Of a stretch of DNA of 64,000 bases, positions 9,322-18,210 are shown piece by piece. This stretch comes from an uncultured bacterium (lineage in GTDB: Bacteria > Chlamydiota > Chlamydiia > Chlamydiales > Parachlamydiaceae), in NCBI GenBank assembly GCA_964605535.1, contig CAZSDA010000010.1, positions 5,344 to 69,343 of the forward strand, given 5' to 3'. Numbering within the stretch: the first letter of the stretch is position 1; each line of letters opens with the position of its first letter. The notes under the pieces were generated by a model that was given only the letters and a program-made list of their open reading frames with translations, did no database searches and had not been told where the DNA came from. A program made the position numbers and the translations under genes.

Positions 9322-10275
9322 TTATTCATCTTTCTGAAAATGTATTAGTGCTTCAAATAAAAACGTCTTTTCCCCATTGAATATATTGTAAATAGCATAT
9401 TTTTGCTCTTGTTTGAAGGGGGTCGGAACGCTATCAGTTAGCTTAACCCTATTTTTTTCGTTCATAAGAAAGACTTCGTGCTTGTCGGGATCATCTACAG
9501 CAATAGCGCAACGCATTTGGAACAGTTTGTCAGATCTCATTGCCGAAGCGGGCAGAGGAATCCAGATGGTAAAATACTTTTGATTCGTGACATTGCAAAC
9601 TAACTTCACAGGCTGATCATTTTTCTGCTTTTTGATTACCTTAATCGGAGTTTGAATGGTCACAGTTTGGAGGAAACTTATAAAGGGTTTAATTTGCTTG
9701 AATGAGGATGTCACTTGCTGAGCAGTTTTAATTTTTTCGATAGTTTGTCTCATTTTGAGCCTCGAAGAATAATCTAGGATATCAATCACTTCATTAGGTA
9801 GATCCTGTAAGAGATCCCCGGATATTTCTAGCTCTTTTAGCTCTTCATTAGACAGATGTTCAAATTTTAGAAAGGTGTGAACATCCTTAACCGACCATCT
9901 TTTTACTTTTACAGGTTTTTCATCAGGTGTTCTTTGTAAACTCACAACAGCCAACTCCCTAAATACTTCTTCATCTAAATTAGAATTGGCTGGAAACTTA
10001 ATGAAAAGGATGCCGTCCTGAAAACATAAATATTTTGAAGCTTCTCGGGTTGTTTGTGGGCTTTGATGCATATCAAGTCGATCAATTAAAAACTCAATGT
10101 GCGCTTCCTTTGATGGGCGAAGGAATTCGTGCGATCTAAGAAGATAATAATATGAGCAGGGGGTGGTATAAGTCATTTTAAACACTCTTTGTTTGAGTAA
10201 AAAACAATTAATGTAATCGAATGGCAGAATAATATTCAAGAATAACGTTAAAGGGCAAGGGTATGAATTATGCAA
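9322..10275 (-). CDS. Hypothetical protein with a SAM (sterile alpha motif)-like segment. True start may be MTYTTP at 10176.
   Basis: 317-aa ORF, AT-richer than its neighbours. Segment RWSVKDVHTFLKFEHLSNEELKELEISGDLLQDLPNEVIDILDYSSRLKMRQTIEKIK resembles the SAM-domain pattern. No other recognisable domain. Confidence 0.45.
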   Translation of the reverse strand: MHNSYPCPLTLFLNIILPFDYINCFLLKQRVFKMTYTTPCSYYYLLRSHEFLRPSKEAHIEFLIDRLDMHQSPQTTREASKYLCFQDGILFIKFPANSNLDEEVFRELAVVSLQRTPDEKPVKVKRWSVKDVHTFLKFEHLSNEELKELEISGDLLQDLPNEVIDILDYSSRLKMRQTIEKIKTAQQVTSSFKQIKPFISFLQTVTIQTPIKVIKKQKNDQPVKLVCNVTNQKYFTIWIPLPASAMRSDKLFQMRCAIAVDDPDKHEVFLMNEKNRVKLTDSVPTPFKQEQKYAIYNIFNGEKTFLFEALIHFQKDE

Positions 10276-10335
10276 GAGGTTCTATGTCCCTAAAGGGACA
10301 TAGAAGAGAATCACTTCTTTTGGCCGACGCCTAGA

Positions 10336-10504
10336 TTAAAACCTGACTTGCCCCCTACATCCTCGCTACAACTGCAAGAAACATCTAATCTAGCAAATTT
10401 AAGACCTTGTAAAGGGACTACCCTTGACTTCGGCCTTAACTTCGCCATCTTAACTGTTTTTTGCGAGTTATAGCGAGGATGTAGGGGGCAATTCAGGTTT
10501 AAAA
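10336..10504. repeat. About 169-bp element bounded by 30-33-bp imperfect inverted repeats (MITE-like or long terminator palindrome)
   Basis: Left arm 10336-10368 is ttaaaacctgacttgccccctacatcctcgcta. The reverse complement of right arm 10471-10504 is ttttaaacctgaattgccccctacatcctcgcta, giving a 30-nt core with 1 mismatch. The right arm overlaps the stop codon of the OMP gene. The first 20 nt recur at 63237-63256. Confidence 0.7.
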
Positions 10505-11437
10505 TTTGATTGCGATGTGGCCCCCGACGTAAGGTGCAGTATCAAAGGGATAGCGTTTGATGTGGTGGTGGCTTTTATTGGAAGCTTTGACTGTACCGCC
10601 GAGAATTTGGCCTGCGTGGATATCTCCCTCGATTCGTTTATTACTCGATTCATAAGCAATTTGCGCTTCTACACCAGCAGCGCGGTACTCGACAAGGCCT
10701 CTTGAAACAGGTTGGTCAGCCCCTACACGGTGGCGTGAATCAAAGGCCCTCCCTGCAATCAATGCCGTCCACTCCTTGGTGATGCTATAAGCAAGAGAGA
10801 TGTTCAAAGGATAGACCATGTTTAATTTGAAATCTTCTGAAATCTGCCAGTCAAAACCTAGGATGGGGTAGATGCGGTCGATGCGGTAACCGGTGAGGGC
10901 AAGCACGCCCCAGTGCAGTCCAAAGCATTCTGAATAGGCGTATCGTCCTGAAAGAAGAAGGTCAAAGGTAATGTAATCTGCAAATTTGAAATGCTCGAGG
11001 TTGTCAAAATTGATTTTGACTTGTCCTGCCCACCTCCAATCTTGCGCTCTTTCTGTAAAGCCGCTTACTGCTACGCTTGCTGTATTAAAGTCGCTCTGAT
11101 TGAAATAGGGGTTCTCCCATTTGATTTGTGTAAAAGTGTAACTTGCAGAAGCAACCAAGCCTTCCTTATTGCAGCGGTCATAATAAAATACCATGTTAGC
11201 GTCAGCCTCTGCCTCCCCGTATTGAACTGTATCGAGTTTGCGCTTGCAATGACGATGCTGGAAGTCAGCTTTTCCGGTCCAGTCTGCATATGAACCTATA
11301 GAGAAGGGGCCGCATTCGGCTGTTTCATCCTGTGCTAAGATAGACTGTCCGCTGTACTCTTCGTTGTTTAATTGAGCGTAGGCGAATGTTGTGGTGGCAG
11401 ACAAAGCAGTTAGCGCGGTCATGAAAAGCTTTTTCAC
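10499..11437 (-). CDS. Outer-membrane beta-barrel protein (porin/OMP-like), secreted
   Basis: 312 aa. Signal peptide MKKLFMTALTALSATTTFAYAQ, alternating aromatic/hydrophilic pattern, C-terminal ...HIAIKF with terminal Phe (OMP signature), several Cys. Confidence 0.6.
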   Translation of the reverse strand: MKKLFMTALTALSATTTFAYAQLNNEEYSGQSILAQDETAECGPFSIGSYADWTGKADFQHRHCKRKLDTVQYGEAEADANMVFYYDRCNKEGLVASASYTFTQIKWENPYFNQSDFNTASVAVSGFTERAQDWRWAGQVKINFDNLEHFKFADYITFDLLLSGRYAYSECFGLHWGVLALTGYRIDRIYPILGFDWQISEDFKLNMVYPLNISLAYSITKEWTALIAGRAFDSRHRVGADQPVSRGLVEYRAAGVEAQIAYESSNKRIEGDIHAGQILGGTVKASNKSHHHIKRYPFDTAPYVGGHIAIKF

Positions 11438-11500
11438 ATTGAACTCCCTTTTTTCGTAAAATAGATTTTTATATTCAATGGGGGATATTCGTCAAGATTT

Positions 11501-13111
11501 CTAACATTTTCCAGCCATGCGACACAGCTCTTCTTCACGTTCCCGACTGTCTAAAGCCTCGATTGCAGTGATCGTCTTTTGCGCTTTTTCGCTTTTTGAA
11601 ATGTAGAAATGGTGGTCTCCACAGGCGGCTACCTGAGGGAAGTGCGTGATACAGATCACTTGAATCTGTTTGCCCAACTCCTTTAATTTTTCGCCTATCT
11701 TAGATGCAGTAGTGCCTCCAATGTTGGCATCGATCTCATCGAAAATCAACGTTTCAATGGGGGCATTGTCAGCAAGAAGCAGGTGGATCGATAGAAGGAT
11801 TCTGGCAAGTTCTCCGCCGCTTGCAGCCTCTTTAAGAGGTAAAAAAGGGGCTCCTTTATTTGCTGAGAGAAAAAATTCAATTCGATGTGAGCCGACAGAT
11901 GTGATAGATTGTGGAGTAAATTCTGTCTTGAGTTTGGCGCAAGGCATATTTAGATCAATTAATTTTTCGGAAACAGCCTTTTCCAGCTTTGTCGCAGCCT
12001 TTTGCCTCTTTTCAAAAAGTTTTAGAGCTGATTCTGAAAGGCTTTTTTGGTGATCGATATAAGCGCTTTCAAGTTCTGCAATATCAAGATCAAGCCTTCT
12101 TAACTCTTTCAGTCGCTCCTCGCATTGGTCTCGATACCTTTCTATATCACTTAAGGAAGAGCCATATTTCATTTTTAATTTGTTGATTAAGGTAAGGCGG
12201 TCATTCAGTTTTTCCAGCCTCTCAGGGTTCGGCTCTACTTTAGACTGGTACTTTCTGAGAGTATGTAGAAGCTCTTCTACCTCTAAAACGATGGTGTGAA
12301 AAAGTTCCCATTCGCTTTTCATGGCAGGTTCATGCTCTTGAAGCTTTTGCAGAGGGTGTTTTGCTCCTTTAAGTTGTGTTAAAATGCCGCGATCGGATCC
12401 CAAAGCATTTTCCAGTTGAGTGGCAAGTTCAGAGCGTTCTTCAGCGTTTGAGAGCCTAGAGAATTCTTCAAAGAGCTCTTCTTCTTCGCCTTCTTTTAAG
12501 GCAGCCTCTTTGATTTCGTTTAGCTCTCTCTCACAGGATTCCATTTCTCGCATTCTTGAGGGCAAAGTCGATTTTTTCTTTTCAAGATCCCGATGCATGG
12601 ATTGTGACAATTCATATTTCTCTCTGAAATTTGCTGCCTCTGTTTCAAGATTGCCGTAGATGTCAATAAGTGTCCGGTGATGGTCGGAACTTAAGAGTTT
12701 AAAAGTAGAATGTTGGGCCACAATTTCGATGAGCAGGTCTCCCAGTTCTTTTAAAAGGCTGATTTGCGCCGGCTGATGGTTTATAAATGCACGGCTTTTT
12801 CCCTGGGAGGACAATTCGCGTTTAACAATAAGGCTACATGGATCTTCCATCGAAATGCCCCTGTCTTCCAAGAGCATAAGAGCTGGATGATCATTGCGTA
12901 GATAAAATACCGCTTCTACTGAAGCTGAAGATTCACCTTGTCTGATTAAATTGGAGTCGAATCTTCCACCTAGAACAAGTCCTAATGCCTCTAGAATTGC
13001 AGATTTGCCGGAGCCGGTCTCACCAGAGATTACAGTGAATCCCTCATCTAACAGAAGATGCGCTTTTTCGACTAAGATGATGTTTTTAAGATGAAGCTCT
13101 TTTAAGGTCAT
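11501..13111 (-). CDS. recN: DNA repair protein RecN
   Basis: 536 aa. Walker A GETGSGKSAILEAL, long coiled-coil middle, C-terminal SGGELARILLSIHL and LIFDEIDANIGG. Confidence 0.9.
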   Translation of the reverse strand: MTLKELHLKNIILVEKAHLLLDEGFTVISGETGSGKSAILEALGLVLGGRFDSNLIRQGESSASVEAVFYLRNDHPALMLLEDRGISMEDPCSLIVKRELSSQGKSRAFINHQPAQISLLKELGDLLIEIVAQHSTFKLLSSDHHRTLIDIYGNLETEAANFREKYELSQSMHRDLEKKKSTLPSRMREMESCERELNEIKEAALKEGEEEELFEEFSRLSNAEERSELATQLENALGSDRGILTQLKGAKHPLQKLQEHEPAMKSEWELFHTIVLEVEELLHTLRKYQSKVEPNPERLEKLNDRLTLINKLKMKYGSSLSDIERYRDQCEERLKELRRLDLDIAELESAYIDHQKSLSESALKLFEKRQKAATKLEKAVSEKLIDLNMPCAKLKTEFTPQSITSVGSHRIEFFLSANKGAPFLPLKEAASGGELARILLSIHLLLADNAPIETLIFDEIDANIGGTTASKIGEKLKELGKQIQVICITHFPQVAACGDHHFYISKSEKAQKTITAIEALDSREREEELCRMAGKC

Positions 13112-13548
13112 GGATCAAAGGTTTTGCTGAGGAGAGTATACAATTCTCCTCCGCTCAGTTCAAGAAAATAGGAGTCCTGCGAAAGGCTAGGGGAGGAGAA
13201 GACGATATTCTTTTCATTGAGGGCTTCCGGGATAACTTCAATATCGCCGCCGTCAAAACGGTAGATCACGATCTTGTCAAAGAGAAAAGAGTTTTTGCTG
13301 GATACGAAATCGCTCTTTTTGACCTTGACTGCTCGGTTTAAGTTATCAATAGAGAATTCCTGCTGTTTGAAATTAAGCGTATAGGGCAATCCTTTATGAA
13401 TAACAGCCATGCCTCGCACATTTCCTACACTAGCAAATAGAGGGGTAGAAGTTGATGGGTGTTGCGGTGCAAGATTGATCATCAGCAAAGCTAATATGCC
13501 GATGATGACTAAAAAGATACCTATGGTAAGTGGATTGGTTTTCATCAC
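13108..13548 (-). CDS. Hypothetical membrane-anchored protein
   Basis: 146 aa. N-terminal TM PLTIGIFLVIIGILALLMINL. ATGA overlap with recN and 3 nt after rnhC, suggesting an operon. Confidence 0.5.
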   Translation of the reverse strand: MMKTNPLTIGIFLVIIGILALLMINLAPQHPSTSTPLFASVGNVRGMAVIHKGLPYTLNFKQQEFSIDNLNRAVKVKKSDFVSSKNSFLFDKIVIYRFDGGDIEVIPEALNEKNIVFSSPSLSQDSYFLELSGGELYTLLSKTFDP

Positions 13549-13550
13549 TG

Positions 13551-14456
13551 CTAGTTATATGAATCGCCGATAATCGCGTCAATCTCTTTCAATGTTTTGA
13601 AATGGGTTTTTGCGACTGAGTTTAAAAAATCAAGTCCATGTTCTTTTGCAAGAGAGACACCTGTTTTAGTGACTTTGGCTGAAGCGCCTTTCGGCAATTC
13701 AGTACCGCAATCTTTCGATAGCTTCTCCATTCCTGCAAGAAATGCATCTCTTGCCAGAATCGAAGCGGCGGCAACTACAGGATCGCTTTCTGCCTTTGTG
13801 CGCTGTTCGAGGTCGATATCAATTCCCTTTCTCTTTAAGGCAGTCATGACATGAGGGCGGTCGCTGAACTGGTCGACGAGCGCTCTTTTACAGTTCGTCT
13901 CTGTTACAAGCGCTTCGATGGCCGTTGCATGGCCCCAAGCCAGCAAAAGATTTAGATTCCCAAATTTGGGATAGATTTCATTGTACTTTGCTGGTCCTAT
14001 CCTCACGACATGGTAGGGAACAGCTTTTTTGATCTTGTCAGCCATTTTTCTGATTGTGGAATCTTGCATTGTTTTGGAATCTTTCACGCCAATTTCTATA
14101 AGCGCTTCGATTTCCTTTTCTCCTCCATACACGGAGGCGATGCAGAGAGGGCCAAAAAAGTCGCCTTTGCCTGCTTCGTCCACTCCAATCCTTGCTGTTT
14201 TATCGACATGGGCATGTGGATGGGTAAGGACGATTGATTGCAAAAGCTGAGGTTCCAGATAGAACTGGACAAAGTCGTTAGCTCCCTTGCCTTGCACCAT
14301 CAGTTTACCTGATTGATACAGGGTGACTGTCAAGCCTGGCTTTTTTGCCTGGAAATAAGTGTATTGAGGGTGTGTGAATTCAAAGCCTTGTCCTTCAAGG
14401 TCGTAGGAGAGTTTTTCACGTAGCTCGAGATTGAAATTTAAGGAGTAACCATTCAT
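13551..14456 (-). CDS. rnhC: Ribonuclease HIII
   Basis: Catalytic region GVDEAGKGDFFGPLCIASVY plus an N-terminal RNase HIII-specific domain. The ORF track extends to a GTG at 14495. I prefer ATG at 14456 (MNGYSLNF...), which leaves room for the divergent promoter. Confidence 0.8.
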   Translation of the reverse strand: MNGYSLNFNLELREKLSYDLEGQGFEFTHPQYTYFQAKKPGLTVTLYQSGKLMVQGKGANDFVQFYLEPQLLQSIVLTHPHAHVDKTARIGVDEAGKGDFFGPLCIASVYGGEKEIEALIEIGVKDSKTMQDSTIRKMADKIKKAVPYHVVRIGPAKYNEIYPKFGNLNLLLAWGHATAIEALVTETNCKRALVDQFSDRPHVMTALKRKGIDIDLEQRTKAESDPVVAAASILARDAFLAGMEKLSKDCGTELPKGASAKVTKTGVSLAKEHGLDFLNSVAKTHFKTLKEIDAIIGDSYN

Positions 14457-14521
14457 CGGATTTGCTCGAATATCTTTTGCTGCATATACTAACACTAAAC
14501 CTTTAAAAGTAGAAACGGAAG

Positions 14522-14938
14522 ATGACTACAGTAGTTAGCGATGGACTGAAAAAGATAGGCGATACCTTCTCAAAGAGACGTAAAGAGATGAATATTTCAT
14601 TGAAAGAGGTCGAGAATGGTACTTCCATTAGAATGGCCTATCTTCAAGCTATTGAAGAGGGGCAGATGGAGCGCTTGATCTCTCCTGTGTATGCGCAGGG
14701 TTTTGTGAAACAGTACGCTAACTTTTTGGGTGTCGACGGGGATGCGCTTGTTCGAGAGCATTCAGAGGTTTTTAGTAAAAAGGAGTCTCAAGACTTTGCC
14801 TATGGGATAGGTACACTTGAGATGCGCGGACATCCTGGATCGCACGTGAAGTGGGTGCCGAATGCTTTGTGGTTTGTCGCTTTTGCACTGCTTTTCATCG
14901 TCGCCTGGTACGCCGCCAAACTTTTCGAATTATTCTGA
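14522..14938 (+). CDS. rodZ: RodZ-like helix-turn-helix membrane protein
   Basis: 138 aa. N-terminal HTH (RRKEMNISLKEVENGTSIRMAYLQAIEEG) and C-terminal TM ALWFVAFALLFIVAWYAAKLF. Confidence 0.6.
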   Translation: MTTVVSDGLKKIGDTFSKRRKEMNISLKEVENGTSIRMAYLQAIEEGQMERLISPVYAQGFVKQYANFLGVDGDALVREHSEVFSKKESQDFAYGIGTLEMRGHPGSHVKWVPNALWFVAFALLFIVAWYAAKLFELF

Positions 14939-15036
14939 TTTTTAATCAGTCAGTTAAAATAGTGTTTGGAAGCACTTTCTTTTCCAGAGGGAGTGGCTGT
15001 TTTCCCTTTGTGTCTTTGTGACTTTGTGTTTAATTT

Positions 15037-15789
15037 TTAGTAGAGGATGGAGTGGAGAGTGAGCCCATGTGCAGGGGCGGTGACGCCCGCTCGTGTTCTG
15101 TCCTTATCTCTTAAGATCGATTCGATCGCATCGACTGATAGTTTGCCGCATCCAATGTAAGCTAGGGTCCCAACGATGTTTCTTACCATCTTGTAAAGGA
15201 AGTGGTTTCCTTTTACAGTAATGCGCAGTTGATTTTCTAAGGTGTGGTCGATTTCGATCGCTTCAAGCGTGCGTTCGTGCGATTCATATTCTTCATTGTT
15301 CTTTTGATTGCAAAAGGCGGAGAAGTCGTGTGTGCCTATTAGGTATTGGGCAGCTTTTCGCATAGAATCGAGCCGAAGAGGAGAGTGGAAATGCCACGAG
15401 AAAAGTCTTCTCTGGGGAATTTGGACGATGCCGGTACAAAGATCATAGCAATACACTTTCTGTTTGACGTCAAGGGTTGGGTGAAAGGTGGCTTTAGCTT
15501 CTTCGATAGATAAGATAGCGATATCAGGAGGAAGAAGAGCGTTAATCCCAATAAGAAGTTTGTTCATGTCCAAATCGGGTCTTACAGTGTGAAAATTGAC
15601 AATCTGTCCAAGTGCGTGCACCCAGCGGTCAGTTCTGCTTGCGGCCTGGAGATGGATGGGGTGTCTTAGGATGGTTTGAAGGACTGATTCCAGTTCCTGT
15701 TCGATGCTGGGGCCGGTAGAAGTTTTTTGCCAGCCGAAGTAGCGGGTGCCCTCATAGGCAACCTTTAACTTTAAGTTTAGAGGCAGCAT
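15037..15789 (-). CDS. truA: tRNA pseudouridine(38-40) synthase TruA
   Basis: 250 aa. LKVAYEGTRYFGWQ, catalytic-Asp region ASRTDRWVHALGQ, FLYKMVRNIVG. Confidence 0.85.
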   Translation of the reverse strand: MLPLNLKLKVAYEGTRYFGWQKTSTGPSIEQELESVLQTILRHPIHLQAASRTDRWVHALGQIVNFHTVRPDLDMNKLLIGINALLPPDIAILSIEEAKATFHPTLDVKQKVYCYDLCTGIVQIPQRRLFSWHFHSPLRLDSMRKAAQYLIGTHDFSAFCNQKNNEEYESHERTLEAIEIDHTLENQLRITVKGNHFLYKMVRNIVGTLAYIGCGKLSVDAIESILRDKDRTRAGVTAPAHGLTLHSILY

Positions 15790-16373
15790 TTCCCTGTGAT
15801 AAACAGCTGCACGCCGCTTGTAAAGCGTTCAATAGCAAGTAGAACTAGCAGCATACCCATGAGTCTCTCTGTCGCAATCAATCCATTTGTTCCTAAGACT
15901 CTTTGGAAAAAGGGGGCAAGGAAAAGAACGGATGAGGCCGCCGCCCATGAAATGAAGATAGCTGCAAGCATCAAAGGTTGGCTAGGTTCAAGATGGGCGT
16001 AAAGCATGATCGTCGCAAGAAGTGCTGGGCCTGCAATAAGAGGCACTGCAAGTGGCGTGATGAGTGGCTCTCCTTCAGGGAGATTTGAGCGTGGGCTGTC
16101 AATGGAAGGAAACAGAATCTTGAGAGCTGCCAGAAAGAGTATCAGCCCAGAGGCAAGGCGGATTGCGGTTTCAGAGATGTGTAGCTGCACAAAGAGGAAT
16201 TCTCCAATCTCATTGAAGATGAGCATGATCACCAAAGCGATGCACATCTCTCTTACAATAATCCAGTACTGCTTCTTTTTAGGATAGGTTGAAACCATTT
16301 TGAGGTAGGAGGAGATATTCCCGACAGGATCCATAATTAGAAATAGAATGAGTGAAAGCGTAAAAAGTGTCAT
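15777..16373 (-). CDS. MarC family (UPF0056) integral membrane protein
   Basis: 198 aa, multi-TM. PLAVPLIAGPALLATIML motif. Paralog of the next gene. Confidence 0.8.
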   Translation of the reverse strand: MTLFTLSLILFLIMDPVGNISSYLKMVSTYPKKKQYWIIVREMCIALVIMLIFNEIGEFLFVQLHISETAIRLASGLILFLAALKILFPSIDSPRSNLPEGEPLITPLAVPLIAGPALLATIMLYAHLEPSQPLMLAAIFISWAAASSVLFLAPFFQRVLGTNGLIATERLMGMLLVLLAIERFTSGVQLFITGKCCL

Positions 16374-16382
16374 ATTTCGCCC

Positions 16383-16979
16383 TTAGCCGTTTTTCATGGT
16401 GTCTATAAACATTTGAACTCCCTTTGCCAGCATTCCTGAGGCAATCACCGCAAGCAGCATGCCCATGAACTGTTCAAGAGCAATTAATCCTCTTTTGCCT
16501 AAAAGCTTTTGCAAATAGGGAGCAGCAACCATCACTCCAACCACGCCTGTCCATGCAAGGAGGATTGCTCCTGTAATCTTAAGGTCATTAGCTTCCTGTC
16601 TGGAATAAAGCATGATTAGCGTCAAAACGCCCGGTCCCGATAGAAGAGGAGTGGCGATGGGAACAATAAAGGGCTCTCTCGTTAAAGTTTGCTGTGCGGG
16701 ATCTTCATGTTTAGGGAAGATCATTTGGATCGAAATGAGCAAAAGCAAAGTGCCGCCGCAAAGTGTCATTGAGTAGTCGTGCACGTGGAGTAGCGACAGG
16801 AACCTTTCTCCCATGTATTGGAAGAAAATAGCGATCAGGAAGGAAAAGAATCCTTCCCTAAATAAAATCCAGCGCTGTTTGGCAAAATCGTAATTTTTAA
16901 CTAGTGCTAATACAGCCGGTGAATTGCCGATTGGATTAGTAACTAAAAAAAATGTTAATGCGAGTTGAAAAAGTGGCAT
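16383..16979 (-). CDS. MarC family (UPF0056) integral membrane protein, tandem paralog
   Basis: 198 aa. PIATPLLSGPGVLTLIMLY motif, same length and topology as 15777-16373. Confidence 0.8.
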   Translation of the reverse strand: MPLFQLALTFFLVTNPIGNSPAVLALVKNYDFAKQRWILFREGFFSFLIAIFFQYMGERFLSLLHVHDYSMTLCGGTLLLLISIQMIFPKHEDPAQQTLTREPFIVPIATPLLSGPGVLTLIMLYSRQEANDLKITGAILLAWTGVVGVMVAAPYLQKLLGKRGLIALEQFMGMLLAVIASGMLAKGVQMFIDTMKNG

Positions 16980-17001
16980 AGGTCAATTCTATCAAAAGTA
17001 A

Positions 17002-18210
17002 TTAATTTTTGCCAGAGGCAATCCGTTCGATAGCTTCTAGAATTTTATTCCGCGAATTGAAAGCGCTGAAGCGCAAAAAACCCTCTCCGCCGGGACCAAA
17101 GCCTATTCCAGGCGTTGAGACAATATGACATCTTTCAAGAAGTTCATGAAAAACTTCCCAGGAATTACGCCCCGGAAAATGGACCCAGATGTAGGGGGCG
17201 TCTGAGCCGCCATATACCTTTTGACCTAAATTTCGGAAGAGGTCTCCGATCAGTTGCGCATTTTGCAGATAGTAGTCCGTTTGCGCACGAATTTCTATAA
17301 GCCCTTGAGGCTCAAGAGCTGCCATCCCGCCTGATTGAGCAATGTTTGAAGCTCCATTGAAAAAGGTAGTGGCGATTCTTAGCCAATCCTCTCTTACAGA
17401 ATGACCTTCCTCGTAGCGGAGAGCTTTTGGGACAACTGCCCAAGCAAGGCGTACGCCTGTAAATCCTGCCATTTTAGAAAAGGAGTTCAATTCGATAGCA
17501 ACTTCGTCAGCCCCGGGGATTTCATAAATTGAAAAAGGTGCAGATTTTGACCGAATATAGGCTGAATAAGCTGCATCAAAGATTAGGATAGAGCCTTGCT
17601 TTTTTGTGAAGGAGATGAGTTCTGCAAGCTGCTCTCTCGTTGCTGCGGCACCCGTAGGGTTATTGGGAGAGCAAAAATAGATGAGGTCTGTCTTTGGAGC
17701 GTTCTTCAAATCGGGAAAAAAATCGTTTTCGGGGCGGCAGTTAAGATAGACAATCTTTTCATACCCTTCACCTTGAAAAGGCCCTGTTTGTCCCATGGCA
17801 ACAGCAGTGTCTACATAAACAGGATAGGAAGGGTTTTGAACTGCGATCGTGCAGGAGGAGCCAAATAGAAGTTGCAATCTTCCAATGTCGCATTTTGATC
17901 CGTCAGAAATGAAGATCTCTTCAGGGTCCACCCGATTTTGGTATAGAGTCTTTGCAATTTTTGCTCTTAACGCGGCATTTCCCTGCTCAGGCCCATATCC
18001 GGAATAGCCAATTGCCGTTCCTAATTTGCTTGCACCCTCTGTCAGTCCTGCGGTGATTGAGGGCGGAATCGGTTCCGTTGTATCGCCAATTCCTAAGCTA
18101 ATTAGATTAGCTTCAGGATGTTTTTTGAGGAGCGCTTGTTTGTGCCTGTTAATTTCCGGGAATAGGTAACTTCCCTTTAATTTCGAAATATGACAATTGC
18201 GTTTAACCAT
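17002..18210 (-). CDS. dapL: LL-diaminopimelate aminotransferase
   Basis: 402 aa. YLFPEINRHK, SLGIGDTTEPIP, NPSYPVYVD, PLP-Lys region SFSKMAGFTGVRLAW. Linked to dapA and dapB. Confidence 0.85.
   Translation of the reverse strand: MVKRNCHISKLKGSYLFPEINRHKQALLKKHPEANLISLGIGDTTEPIPPSITAGLTEGASKLGTAIGYSGYGPEQGNAALRAKIAKTLYQNRVDPEEIFISDGSKCDIGRLQLLFGSSCTIAVQNPSYPVYVDTAVAMGQTGPFQGEGYEKIVYLNCRPENDFFPDLKNAPKTDLIYFCSPNNPTGAAATREQLAELISFTKKQGSILIFDAAYSAYIRSKSAPFSIYEIPGADEVAIELNSFSKMAGFTGVRLAWAVVPKALRYEEGHSVREDWLRIATTFFNGASNIAQSGGMAALEPQGLIEIRAQTDYYLQNAQLIGDLFRNLGQKVYGGSDAPYIWVHFPGRNSWEVFHELLERCHIVSTPGIGFGPGGEGFLRFSAFNSRNKILEAIERIASGKN

Noticed and set aside
10281-10304. Perfect 10-bp hairpin tctatgtccc-taaa-gggacataga as an intrinsic terminator
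   Set aside because: There is no U-tract on either strand. It lies about 195 nt beyond the OMP stop and upstream of the next gene's start. I kept it only as a note within the repeat-element finding.
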